Of a DNA stretch of 64,000 nucleotides, positions 1 to 13,400 are shown one piece after another. The stretch comes from Antedon mediterranea (Eukaryota; Animalia; Echinodermata): positions 14,778,101-14,842,100 of the forward strand of contig NC_092677.1 in the NCBI RefSeq assembly GCF_964355755.1. Direction: 5' to 3'. The notes under the pieces are model-generated. The model searched no databases. It was given only the letters and a program-made list of their open reading frames with translations, and had not been told where the DNA came from. The stretch's first letter is position 1. Each line of letters opens with the position of its first letter. The position numbers and the translations under genes were made by a program.

Positions 1-39
1 TTATTATAATCTACACGATCCACTTTAATACAATAATTC

Positions 40-64
40 TTATATATATATATATATATATATA
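40..64. repeat. (TA)n microsatellite (others at ~6937-6957 and ~8129-8150)
   Basis: Direct reading. Confidence 0.9.
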
Positions 65-3000
65 GTTTTTTAATACAGGGTGATGTATGAGAATATAACA
101 TTGGCTCAATCAAACTCTGTAGTTTGCTTTGTTTTTTGTTTGTGTTAAAGTCAACAACCAGATTAATATTATAAAACTCAGGTCAAGAAAATCACATTCT
201 GATTTTAACAGATCTGTTTAATAAAATATGGTAAATTCTTTTATTATTTTCATTGGTTCAAAAACAAGATATCATCAATCAAATAATTATTAGATAGTTT
301 AATATGATATTATTGAACACACATCTGTGTGTCAATTTGGCAGGATCGCCCACACAATGTCACATTTGAAGGATGAGGCATGCATACATTAATGTCATAG
401 TGATACATTTTATTTTATAACTCTTTATATTGAAATGAGTGTGCAATGTAAAAGTTGATGAATTATTGAGGGCGCTGTCCAATATAGAATTTGCAACCAA
501 TTCTGTAAAACTAAATCAAATGAATTAAATTTTGAAAATTATAAATATTGATATCAAAAGTGATAGTAAGGTAATACATTAGAAAGATTAAGATAAATAC
601 TTAAAGAAAAGAGAGACTTAAGAAAGGAATACAAGAGTACTTGAGAATCTGATGAATAGTCAGATGTTTTTAATAAATAAAATTAGTATGTAGTAAGAGT
701 TTAGTTTACTTGCAGTAGAAATGGAAAGAATAAAAAAAAAATTGAGATATTTGATTATTTAAAAGAAAACACGAATGATAATGGAGCTGTTATAATAATA
801 ATAAGAGTTATATGTAGTGAGATTATTTTGACTTTGCTGTACTTTTTGTAGGAAAGAGAGGAGAGGAGAAAGAGACATTAATAGTTGTTTATTATAGCAA
901 GAAGAAGACTAAGGTGTTAGCAAATATTGAAATAAATAAGTATGTCTTAAGTTGTTGGTTTACTTTAAGAAATGAAATCGATTGAGTTAAGAAGATGTCA
1001 GTTTACTTATGGATTTAGTAGAAGTAGTACTTATCCTACTTTTGGCCATCATTATCATTATCCTTTTTATTGCAGCAACATATGGACTTGGATTGCTAAA
1101 TAATCAACTGCCTTTGTTTGTGAAACTCTCCCACCCATACATAATAACTAATTATATACCTTTATTAACCAATATTGTATTATTATGATTGTAAAATGAT
1201 GATGATAAAACGTAAGACTTATTTGAAATAGTATAAAAAGTGTTGTCTAAATTGTTTGAAATGTAAAATGCTACAATATGTGATTTACAATTTTATTAAA
1301 CTCTTTCCTCATACTATCTGTACATTAAACAATTATGTACTACCAATATGATAGTAAAACAAGTCTAGAAAGTGAACAGATAGTATATAAAGTACTTATT
1401 TTTATATCAACTGAAATCAACAACAGTTAGGCAGAGTAAAAAAGAGGCATGATAAGGTTCTTCATACGATATCATTGGGTTTTTTTTATAGAATAATTCA
1501 TTGTAAAACAACTTTTTTTTAAATTTTTATTTTATTTTGATTTTACTGACATTTTTTCTGAATTATAAAATCCTGAATCCAGCTATTAAAGTAATTAACC
1601 AAAATCAAGAACTTATTTATTGGACTTAATTTGGACTATTCCTTCTTTCTTTGTATATTGTACTACGAATATGTCTAACAAGTTTAAAATCACTGGGTGG
1701 ATATTTCATTAATAACATACACACATGGCATATCAATTTCCTGTAATTTTCACATTTGAAAATTAGCGACAATTATTCGTCAAAATTCTTGACATCTCAA
1801 TAAATAGACCTATTTTCAGGTTAGTGACCGATTTACTTGGACAAGTAGGCAAACCCTTGGGATATGGTATAAAACTCCAGGGAGGTATTTTTGCAATTTA
1901 TAGTACTTAGCTGTAATCTTGCATTTAGTGAAATTTCCTTTACTGTATTTCTGATGGTCAGTGCACAGTCATTGGTTTCAATTGTGGGCATAAAATGGTA
2001 TGGGGGTTAAACTTTACTTCTAGTTGCAAAAACAAGTCCAACATGTCAAATGTCATTCCAAAAATTATTAAGTAAAAACGTAGCAGTGTATAATTGCATT
2101 TAACAATATACATTCCAATTATATATCACTCTGTGCTTTATTTCATCGACCAGTTGTCCAGCATGCTCTTTGTGATTTTCCCTCCCACCATAATTTAAAT
2201 TTGAAATTATTGGCCATTTAATCTTAAAGACTCTTGAATTAGAAATAAAAATTGATTTTTCACATCCTAACAAAAGGAGAGTGTGGTTGCATAACCATTC
2301 ATTTCAAACTATCTAAGATGATGCATAACAGCCTAATTTGTACACTTTAACAACCCAATTTGTACATTGACAACCAGTAAATGCATTTGATTTTGGTCAG
2401 CTGTCATTGATATTGACCGTCAATCATTGGCTGACCAGACTTTAATAACTCAATAGCCATTATGATGACATCCTGAGTGACCGCCAGAGAGTCTTGTTGC
2501 TAAGACGATAATTGCTATGGACAATTTTTTGGTCTCTGGAAACAATGCCATAGAATAGTAGGCCTAGTTGTAGAATAATAATATTGTTTAATGTTATAAA
2601 TTACTAAGATCATAATTATTATACATTGCGTTAAATCAGATATCGTTTGATAACCAGTATATGGAAAATATTTAGTTTATTCATTTATAATTTTAATATG
2701 TAAATTTCTAAAATTGTTAAAGTCAATAGTATTGTTAATTTCACACAATAAGCCACAATTGAACTTGTTGTGTACTGTACACAAACATTTATTTTCTGTT
2801 GAGAAAATAACAGACTATTTTAGGTCTGTAAAGATGTTGTAATATATTAGTGTTAAATAACACTTAATGTCTTCACATTGCTGATTTTCTGTTTGTTGTT
2901 ATTGCTGTTACATCTTGTTAATCAATGTCCGCTAAAATGTAGTTCAGTAGGAAGTATTAAGTGTTAAAAGCGCTGTTTTCTGTTTCCTATTTCTAACTCA

Positions 3001-6000
3001 AGGTCTAGATCAAGCAACATTTGATTAAATGATTGACAGATTTAGCAGACTATAACACTCAGGTTTTTTTTCAAACACCAAGATGTGTGTGTGTTTGTGA
3101 AAATAGGTTCAGTTATTAGTGAATTGCTTCTTCTGTAGTTTGTAGTAACTGATGGAACACTTGACTATTTTACATAACGACATGGATTTAAACTCAAATA
3201 AGAACAACTCCCAGTCCACCTGTACCTAGTTGACAAAAATACTAGGGGAAATGTGGAAAGGAACTTACGACTCTATCGCTTAATGCCGGTACAATGAGCT
3301 TATTCCTCTATGTTGGAATGAATCTGGGGGCTTACCTTTACCTTTTAATTTCAGAAGATAGTTTTGCTAGCAGGTGTTGTTTTGGTTCCAACCTTGGAGT
3401 TTGATCCTCTGTTGACCAATTCTTAACTGGCCATGCAATAACATGTAACCCCAGTTGGTTGTTTCCCAGACTGAACATGTTATACTACAGATTGTTGATG
3501 TTTGTCATTACAAGCTGTATCACTGTTCATAATAAAAAGGTTGCAAAAGATATTTATTTGTTTACAAGTATTTACAAAAAAATTGATTACCAATAAACTC
3601 AACTCAATTAAGTTATTTTGTTTTGTGTCAAAAAGATTTCACATTTAACACAGTATTCAATTCTTGAAAGATAAGCCTTATACACTAATTAATCAACAAC
3701 AATCAATTCTTCTCAGCTAACTTGTTCCGATTGTCGCATTTTACCCATTTCTGGCTCGGAACTCATTCAAGCGTAAACAAACGTACATCTTCAAACCTAA
3801 ATTAGTATATTTAGATATAAGAGAATAAGCATTGATGTGATCCGTGAAATGTCCATGAAATTGACAACTTTGCTCATTGTCTCTTCACACCAGCTGTGCT
3901 GTGGTATTTGGCGCACGCCAATGTTCATAATAAAAAATAATTATTCAAAATAATTTTGATTTCAATGCACAATATATTATTTTATATTTACAGTTTCTAT
4001 GCATGGTTTTAAAATGTCATTTATTTGCCTAGCTTACATAGATAAATCAAGAATAGTCCATGCTCTCCATAGAGAGTGATATGACATGAAATGTTAAAAG
4101 TACCTTAAACACCCCTCTGCAGTAATGGACTAGTCTGTATTTGTTTGTTTTCTGCTATATTACTGTAGTACCTAACATTGCTTTATGTTATATTTGTAAA
4201 TAAAACTGTACAGCTGCAAAATTCTATAGTAGCATACGTATTTGTTTGTATCATATGCAAATTTTTATACTAAAACTATTTTTTCTTTTGGCTTGCATTA
4301 CAGTATGTGATTATTTATTATCATTTAAATGTTCCAATATTTCATTAGTAAAGATTTAACTTAATCATTTTCATCATACATAACTTTTTCAAATCTCCTC
4401 AACTTAAACAAAGAAATAATTAACAACTGCCTATCTCCTGTTGAGAATTATTTAATCCCATTGTGATTAATAACAACCAATCAAGTTGTCGCGTTGAGGA
4501 AGAATATAATGCTACTTTATTTGAAGATATAATATTGGTAAACTCTTAAATAGATGATTCTAAGAGAAATCTTGTGGAAGAGCCACTGTTCAAAAGTGGA
4601 TGAATTCTAAAAAATAAATGTCATTTATTGTGGTAACAGCTTTCGTCGGATGATAATTTATAGCTCTTCACTAAAGCTAGACTTAATGGGGAATTGACAC
4701 GCTTGATATGTGTAAATGTGTGGAAATGAATAAAATTTTGGTTGGTTTTTCCCCTAATATTTACGATGTAGACCGAATATTTTCGAAGTAGCTCTTCTAT
4801 ATTGCCTTGCATTTAATTCCAGAATCTTCTACTACTTTTCAAAATTCTGATTGCTTTCAATTTAAATTTACGTTGTTGTGATAAACACTTTTCTCCTTCC
4901 TATAAAATTAGTTACTGTTAGGACCAATTAAATCAAAATATCTCAAACTGTTTTGGAAAGATATTTGAATTTTGTTTAAAGTACAGTTGTTTTTGTGTTC
5001 AATGATACAATTATGTAATCGTATTGCTTTTTCGATCCTTAAATGTTATATTACCACCTACGATTTGTATTCCTTTCCAATGACCCTACCCATGGTTTCT
5101 AACCTACCTTGTATAACCTTTCAAAGTTTTGTTGTTTCAATTATCATACCGAATGATTATAACTTTTAATTCTAATTTCAAACACAATTTTTGTCAACAA
5201 CTACAATTTGTTATTTGACATAATTGCTATCAACGTTTTTTACATAGACATCTTTTAACACCTGCCGTCTGTCTGAATGTTACCTGGACGCGTCTGATGC
5301 TAAACTCATACATCATTCACGACTACTTTTAAGACTTCTTCGACAACTGGCTTTAAGCACCGTTACTTTATGTCTTTATGTCTGTTTTACTACATACATG
5401 TGCGTTTGTTAAATAACTTTCACCTGTTTGTTTTGGACATTTTATGTTCTAAATAGAGAAATACATCACTGTTTTATTGCAGTGTTTTTTGTTTTATTAA
5501 TTTTTAGTATTATTACCAATCTTTTGTTTGTGATAGTAATTTTTATTATTTACTATTGGATTTTATAACAGTAATAAAATCATGTCTTGTAATATTCATA
5601 TTACATTCAAAATACAAACATAAATACGTACAACGTATAGAGAAAATACAACAATTAAATTGTAATAAGATTATTATACTGTACCTATTTATTGAGTGAA
5701 AATGTTATAATATTCAATGTGAACTTTATTTTGGTTTCTTCTGAAAAAATGACAATTTAGCTTTTCAATTATTTACGATTTAATGGAATGTATTATCAAT
5801 TAAATAATAGTTGAATTCTATAGATGGACAAAAGTTTGTAGGTGAATTGCGTAAAGGTGACTTGACAAAGATGATTAACCAAACGCAACATAAATTGTTT
5901 TCAATTAGATTCAAGTGACTTAAGTCATGGTTTTAATCTCTTAGGATTAACGGTAAACTTTTCTATCGTATAATGTTAAACCGACTCCCATTACTTCATT

Positions 6001-7042
6001 AATTATCCGACAAAAATACACACATCCCAGTGGAACAGCACAGTTGTAATAAGCTCCATAAAATCAGCCAAAACATGACAACAAAAAAGCGTGCAACACA
6101 AAGACTTGCACCATAAAATGTTTGACCTGCTGTTTATGATCGCCTTTTGCGAGGTCAATCAGCAGATTTAAAGCGTGTCAACAGTGGTTTAGTCGGTAGA
6201 TGTAAAGCATGTCAAAGCGACCTTAAATAGAAATGGAGCGAAACATGTAGGATGGGAACACACTTAACTGGAATGCAAATAAAAATTTAATCCCTTATAT
6301 GTTACAGATGTAATTCATTTCTAAATGAACTGATAAGCTGAAGATTGTTGATGATAACTTTGAATTTCTCAAATCAAGTGTAACCTTGTTACAATGTTCT
6401 CAAAATTATTTTAAATCCAAGATTAGAATATTTTAAACATTCTTAAGAAGGACTTTACTATATAATATAGTTAGAATCTTAGTATCCTTCATGCTTTAAA
6501 TAAATACAGTGATAGCATCTATGATTCCTGAATAGCATTGAGTTATTCTTGGGAAAAACTTAAATGCTTAGTAAATAGGATTAGAAACCTATGGTAGCAT
6601 TTTATTGGCATCACAAGGGACTGGCATTGTTTCATGCTATGTAATTTACAGTGATAATATTTCTGTATCAGTAAGAGATATTAATGAGATGTGTAGGTTC
6701 ACGGCTATAAGGTGAAATTATTCCCATCTGTAACCGTAGTTAGTTCCATCATTGGAATGTTTTATAAAGCATATTATATTTTTCCTATTATTTACATTTG
6801 TTTAGGTATGATTTCTGTTATTTCAGTTTCTTGTTTATCATTAAGACATACAGTAGTAAATTAATATTATCTTTGACATTATAAGTATTTTTTATTTTAT
6901 TATTTACAATAGAATCTTGAAGATAATAATATAATAAATATATATATATATATATATTCCAAACCGCCCGGTGATATACTGAAATTTAATTAATTAATTT
7001 GAAACGATAAAGATGAGGAAATCTGTGAGAATGAGAAAAAGT

Positions 7043-7114
7043 CACCCCAACCGAGACTCGAACTCGGACCGCCTGCTTGATATGCAGATGTCCTAACCAT
7101 TAGACCACTGGGGC
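7043..7114 (-). tRNA. tRNA-Asp(ATC)-like gene or pseudogene in a robo intron
   Basis: Minus strand GCCCCAG TG GTCT AATGGTTA GGAC A TCTGC ATATCAA GCAGG CGGT CCGAG TTCGAGT CTCGG TTGGGGT G folds as a complete 72-nt cloverleaf. A/B boxes are present, discriminator is G73, and TTTTT lies 2 nt downstream. The ATC anticodon and A32 are atypical. Confidence 0.6.
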
Positions 7115-7422
7115 TTTCATGGTATTGTTCGAACTCGATTGGATAGCGACTCTTTAACATTCTCGGCGTGGTACGGCGGAACAGCACTATATTCTCCCAT
7201 TGTGTATTATGTGTAACATGTATTTCATATATAATACACATCCACAACAATGGTATTCCACAACTTTCAATCACAGTGTTTGGCAAAAAGCCTATACCTG
7301 CATTGTTTATCAGTTATACGTCAGTAGAGCCCTATTAGATTTTTTCTACAATAGAATATTATAATAAATATTATAAATGTAAATAATACTTAATTATTTT
7401 CTATATTTTATCTTTGCTGCAG

Positions 7423-10400
7423 ATTTAAAAAATGAGTTTAAGAAGAATCCACAGGATGTAGAAGCGATTGCTGGTGGAACCTATGTTCTGGAATGTACAC
7501 CACCACGGGCGTTTCCTGTACCAGATATCAAGTGGGAGAAAAACGGAGACTCCATTGTTAGTGATGAAAGGGTAGAGATAGTGCAGGATGGCAATCTTAT
7601 GATCAGACATGTAAAGAACATTTTCCTTTTCTTCTGTTTTCCATCAAACAACTTCTTTCCAAGCATATTTCTTACCTAGCTGCCATCTAAAGAAGCCTTT
7701 ACAATATTCAACTCTTCCTGTTAGTAGACTATGACTCTGATTCATTTGCTTGTTTTTCTTGGCTGACACTCATCCATATTCAACATACCTCGTGTTCCCT
7801 TTCTTCATGAAGTGTATATAAAGTTTATAATAATAAATTTATGTCTTTATTAAAGGTACGTGAAGAAGATGCTGGAAGCTATAGATGTATCGCTGAAAAC
7901 ATTGCGAATAGGAGAAAAAGTGACCCAGGTGTTCTGTCAGTGCTTAGTATGTATTTTCAAATTTAAATTGTTTTAATAAAATACTTAAAGAAAGTTTAAC
8001 TTTGATGGTTCTCTAAGGTAAGATTATCAAGAATCTCAAAAAAGTGGACTTATTTTTTTATTTTATTTTATTTTATTCATTTCGGCAATAAACATAAAAT
8101 AATAATTACAAAAAAAAACAACATAGAAATATATATATATATATATATATGAAATACAAGACACGAGGCCGAGGAAAGACAAAAGCATTAAACAAAACGC
8201 TGTCACCGGTAAGGTGTGTCTCTCCAACACATAAATAACAAATAACAAGAATATATACTAATATAGTAGACATATCATTTCATTTAAAAATGTATTACAT
8301 TTTCATCGTGGCTAAGATGCCAAAATGGAAGTGTATATTGTAGAAGAATAGGCTTCAGTATGCATAATGTATCAATTACAGATGACAAATAAAAAATCAA
8401 TGGTATTCTTATTCTTCTTATTTATTACAATTGAAAATAGTTAAACAATGTTTAGTAGCTACCTCTATCCTCTCCTATTCCTTTGATTAAACTTCATTTT
8501 GTGTTTGATTTTTTTTCAGGTCTTCCAGAACAAGGATCAACCTTTAGTTGTTCACCAGTCAGCAAGATGGCACATATCGGAGACACAGTCACATTTTGCT
8601 GCCAAGTGGATCCTATTCCCGGTGCCACACAGCCTTCAATTTACTGGCACAAAGCAAACCAAGCTGTAAGTGTCAAAAGAAATAAACAGATATCAGTAAT
8701 ATCGGTCATATCTTTCAGCTATATCAGCTTTCCTGCAAAGAGTTTTAAAAGTAAATTAGTAAGTACTAATTTTCATGATTTTTATATTATACTAGCCACT
8801 TTATCCTGGTGTTGAAAATGGAAGACGGAGCGTATTGGAGGATGGTAGTCTACAAATCCGAGATGTAACAAAAGGTGATGAAGGACTATATCTGTGCACT
8901 GTGGATGGTAGACAAGCCATTTCAGCACAGGCAAATCTACGAGTAGTTGGTAAGCTATTTTAAATTTTATTTTCAGTAGATTGTTTACTATAATTTATTA
9001 ATAGGGTTAATATAACTACACTTTGATAATTTATGTTGCTGCTGATAGATTATCCGCTATAAAACATCAAACTTTTGGACAAGTTTACTGAAACCTTTAG
9101 GAGGCCACAAGGCATGAACAGTATAGATAGATATAAAGTATGTAATACAGTGTGAACATTTATGATAAAACAGTTTTATGATATTATTAGTTTTGTGGAA
9201 TAAATAATAATTAATAGTATACCATTGATAGAAAGAATACAAAGTGGTATTTTAAAAGAACTACATTACATTTATGCTATTTCTGTTGAGAAGTTTTTAC
9301 TGAAATGATGTATGCTTCATTTATATCTTATCATTCTTTATTCATTGATTTCGCTTGATAATTTTTACATTATGTCATATTTATTGAACATGCAAAACCA
9401 CAAATCACTTTGTTCGTGTCAATACTGCTATCAAAGTGACATGCATCCATTAAATCGCAGATATATTAACACACCTATCTAGAAGAAGTTAAATGTTTAT
9501 TTTTTCCAATACAAGTTTTTCGCGCCCTCTTCCAATATCTAAATTTCAATTCAGATATTCCTCTTTTAGCTGATGTAGTTCAAACAAAATTCATGGTAGA
9601 ACTTCTAAAATAACTTTTTCTATTCCTTTAATTTCAAAAGCAACAGTAATGTAGAAATCAATACCTGAACTATTAGTTCACGAAAGTGGAAAAGTGGCGC
9701 ATTAGATCTGTGAACATTAAGGGCGTTTCAATCAAATTCTCGTTAACGAAGCACGTTACTAATGAACTGCCATTGGGTTGATAGTTTTACGAGGAACCAC
9801 AGGCGTTCGGAACCTACTTGCTCAAATGCAAAATCCATATTTTATTACATCACAACACTAGATCTTTGATTCATGGTTTATTGTATGTGTATATATATAA
9901 TATAATAATTAATATTATGGCATAGAGTTAGAGTAGAACTCCTCATTTGCGACAACCCAATTCAAGGCACACTTTGAAACAAAAAAGGAGCAATATATAT
10001 TTTAAAACCAATTTTGGTTAACTCCTATTAGTATTAAGGGGACACGTCTTTGCTGAGTTCCTTAATAATTACTGTATGTGAATTAATGCAGATTGGGATG
10101 TTCATGAATAATTGACCACTGTACGCCTAATTTCTTTACAGTAGGGGCTTTCAACCTCAACATTAAAAAAATCCATATTTAACAATTACATCATCACATT
10201 TGAGATGAAATGTTTACTTTTTTTACGATCAGTCTGTTCATATTACTTCAAATAAGTAGGCCTACACTACTACCGTACTAATAATCTATATCAATATGTT
10301 CTCCATCCATGCATGGCATTGTGTATAAAATCATTTAAAATTAAGATATATATATCAAGGTTGGTCAAAATTAATATTTTTTTTTAATGATACTGTATAT

Positions 10401-13400
10401 TTATTTATTTATTTTTTATTTTATTTTATGTCTTTAGGCAATGTGGCCAAGGATTACCAATAGTGAATTAATCACTGTCCTATTATCAGATAGGTGGTAA
10501 TCCCCCTGATACAGGGGCTATTGTGTGAACCAGTTCACCGGGGTAACCCCCTACTCTCTTTCGAATAATGAACTGGGTTTCTTTAAAGTACACACAGGTT
10601 ATAACTGTGTACACTGGACCTACGGTTTATAGTCCTTATCCGAGAAGACTTGTTCCACCACCAGAACTAGGAGCGAGTCGGCCTCGAACCCTTGCCGATG
10701 TTGTTGTTTGACTCTTTAGGTACGGTAAACGGCGCCCCTGCCTTAACCGCTCGGCCATATGACTCACTCATATGAATAGAATGTTTACTCATACTTACTG
10801 TCCGTCTATTGATGTTTGTATGACTGTGAGTTCCCTGAAATGGATTTCAGGGCATGATTGGAATTGTGTGACAATCAATAGGCATTGATTGTGTCATAAG
10901 ATCAAATATAAATTCAAGAATAACAGCTACTCATAAAATGAATTTAAATGAGTTTCAGTGTCATCTCATAATGTTCATTTGTTACTCAAAAGTTCTATAA
11001 TCTATTTTAAACAAGTGGACAAAATCACTGAGATTATTGAACAAGTTGTCATGAATGATATAAAAGCTACCAGTGTTGTGCACCTTCCCTTTAAGTCATC
11101 GCCACAAGGTCAAAACTTGGATTAAAAGGGCTGGCAATTTACAATACCAGTTCTATTGATCAGTAGTGTGAGGTGTAATTAATTACGGATTATTTCTGCT
11201 GCGTTCTTCTGTCATGCATGCCTGACATTAAAGAGTCTGTTCACATCAAAATGTAGTGTTAAGCTGATGAAGCCTGTATAGTCAGCCAGCATTCATACAT
11301 AGTGCTTACAAAGCATCTAAGCACTTCACATTATTTATGCAGTTGTGTTTTGAGTACCCAGTTGTTCACATGGGTGGAGAGAGGCAAATGTTACGTAAAG
11401 TGTCTTGCCTAAGGATACAAACGATATGTGGTGAGCGTTGGATTTGAACTCATGATCTCACTATCTGTAATCTAACACACTGTGCCACACGCAATAAAAA
11501 CTGTTGCATTTACTGTATATTCAAAGCAAGCTTTTTTATAATCAGGACCTTTCCATAATCATTTTATTATTTGCGTGCGCAAGTGAGATGCCCAATCGTG
11601 ACGCGATGGAGAACCCAAACGGTTGCTAGTGGATTGATCAACTCACATGTGTTGTGTCTACATTGTTGCATTGCGTCCAAGTGGCAACCACCAAGCTTAA
11701 CACTTTGTGCCGTAGAACCCAAAGTGAATAACAAACAAAAACAATGATAACATTCCATTGCGTGGAAGAAAGCATATGTAGAGAATGTTTTAGAGCATTC
11801 AATCTATAGATAAATAGGTTTGTCAATGATTAAGGAAATCCCCTTAAAACCAAAACCTGTCATTTTCCACATTCATAACACGATGATAATCTCGCTTATT
11901 TCTGAGGATTTTTAACTTTCGCATCCTGCTAAAATTTTAAGACACTCTGTTTTAAACTTAGTACGCCATAGCATGATTAAACATTATTATGTAAGGTCGT
12001 TAACTTTGCAAAATTATATCTTGAGTGATCCCGACGCGCAGCTTGATCCGCCATGCTCACATTATATAAATAATAGCAATACAATATTTGTTTTAATGAT
12101 TTACTGTGATAGTAAGGCCTTGAATAAAAACGTTTAATTTTATTTATATTTTTCTCTTATTTTTAAGACTCAGTTGAACTTCCACCTATCATCAAAGTAT
12201 GTCCATATAATCAAACATTGTTTGTCGATACAATCGCTTGGCTCAGATGTGAAGTGGAAGGCACTCCACAGCCAGAAGTTAGATGGTTAAAAGATGGAGA
12301 ACCAATCTCAAAAGTGATCAGGTATTTCTATAATTATATCATTTTTATTTTATTTAATAATATCATTATTTAAATTTTTAAACCGTGCAATATAAAGTAT
12401 TCTTTCATTTCATTTAATAAATGTCATCATTATCAACATTTTCATGTTTAATTATAATAATATTATTACACCTTCGATATTTTTAGGATAAACGCCCTTC
12501 CAGTGTCTTTGCAAATAACTGACTTACAATATGGTGATGCAGGCCGCTATACCTGTGTAGCCACCAGTGAACGTGGAGAGACTAGATGCTCTGCAGAGCT
12601 CTCTGTAACTGGTAAGTAAATCGAATATTTCTTTCTTTTAAATGTCCTAAATCCTGATCAAACATTCCACATTGAGATATCTGAAGTCTACCATCGTATG
12701 AGCCTTGAAAAAAAGACTTTACAGTAGTTCCATTAGACACTTCTAAGTACAGACACTACAGTAACATTTCATACTAAAGATTTGAACAGTTGTACAGATG
12801 ATGTTACTTTGTATAATTACTTTTTCCATTGTAGGTCGTGATGGTACCCAGCGCCGTAGGCCAGAAGATAGTGAGTTTCCTGCGATCCCAGGAATCCCTA
12901 CAGCACAGAATACTACAAATGGTAATGTTATCTTGTCGTGGTCTCCTCCTGAGTCAACATCAAGGTCAACTCTTTCATACAGAATAGAAGCCTACAATCA
13001 TGAAATTGATGCAAGTAAGTCGAAAATGTGTTTGTATTTTGCATTAACTCATTAACAATTAATTCAATTCAATTCAAATTTATTTTCTTTTCTTCTTTTT
13101 CTTCTAAATTTATAACAATAATGGTAAATGACATGAACATAGAAAGATCTAAAAAAAAAGTAAAATACTTATCATGTCCAGCCCCTATAACATAATATAC
13201 TACGATATTACTGTATTAATGTTGTAATAATAGGGCAACATTTGTTTTAAAAAAATAAAAAATTGAATGGTTGGGTTATACAGTCTTAAAAAGTATGTTT
13301 CTCATTTTACAGCTTGGGAGATTTTAGTCAATAACATCCGAGGAACCAGTTACATACTACAGAACCTCCGTTCAACAACCACCTATGTATTCTACGTTCG

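Noticed and set aside
470-1050. Purine-rich stretch resembling a decayed minus-strand LINE ORF (similar hints at ~7660-7810, ~18380-18600, ~39000-39130)
   Set aside because: Too degenerate to assign without a profile search.
1820-1884. AG/GT-bounded 65-nt segment as a possible upstream robo exon
   Set aside because: No Ig1-like translation in any frame and no compatible open phase with the exon at 7423.
6990-7286. 98-aa minus-strand ORF
   Set aside because: Overlaps the tRNA-like element; no protein-family features.
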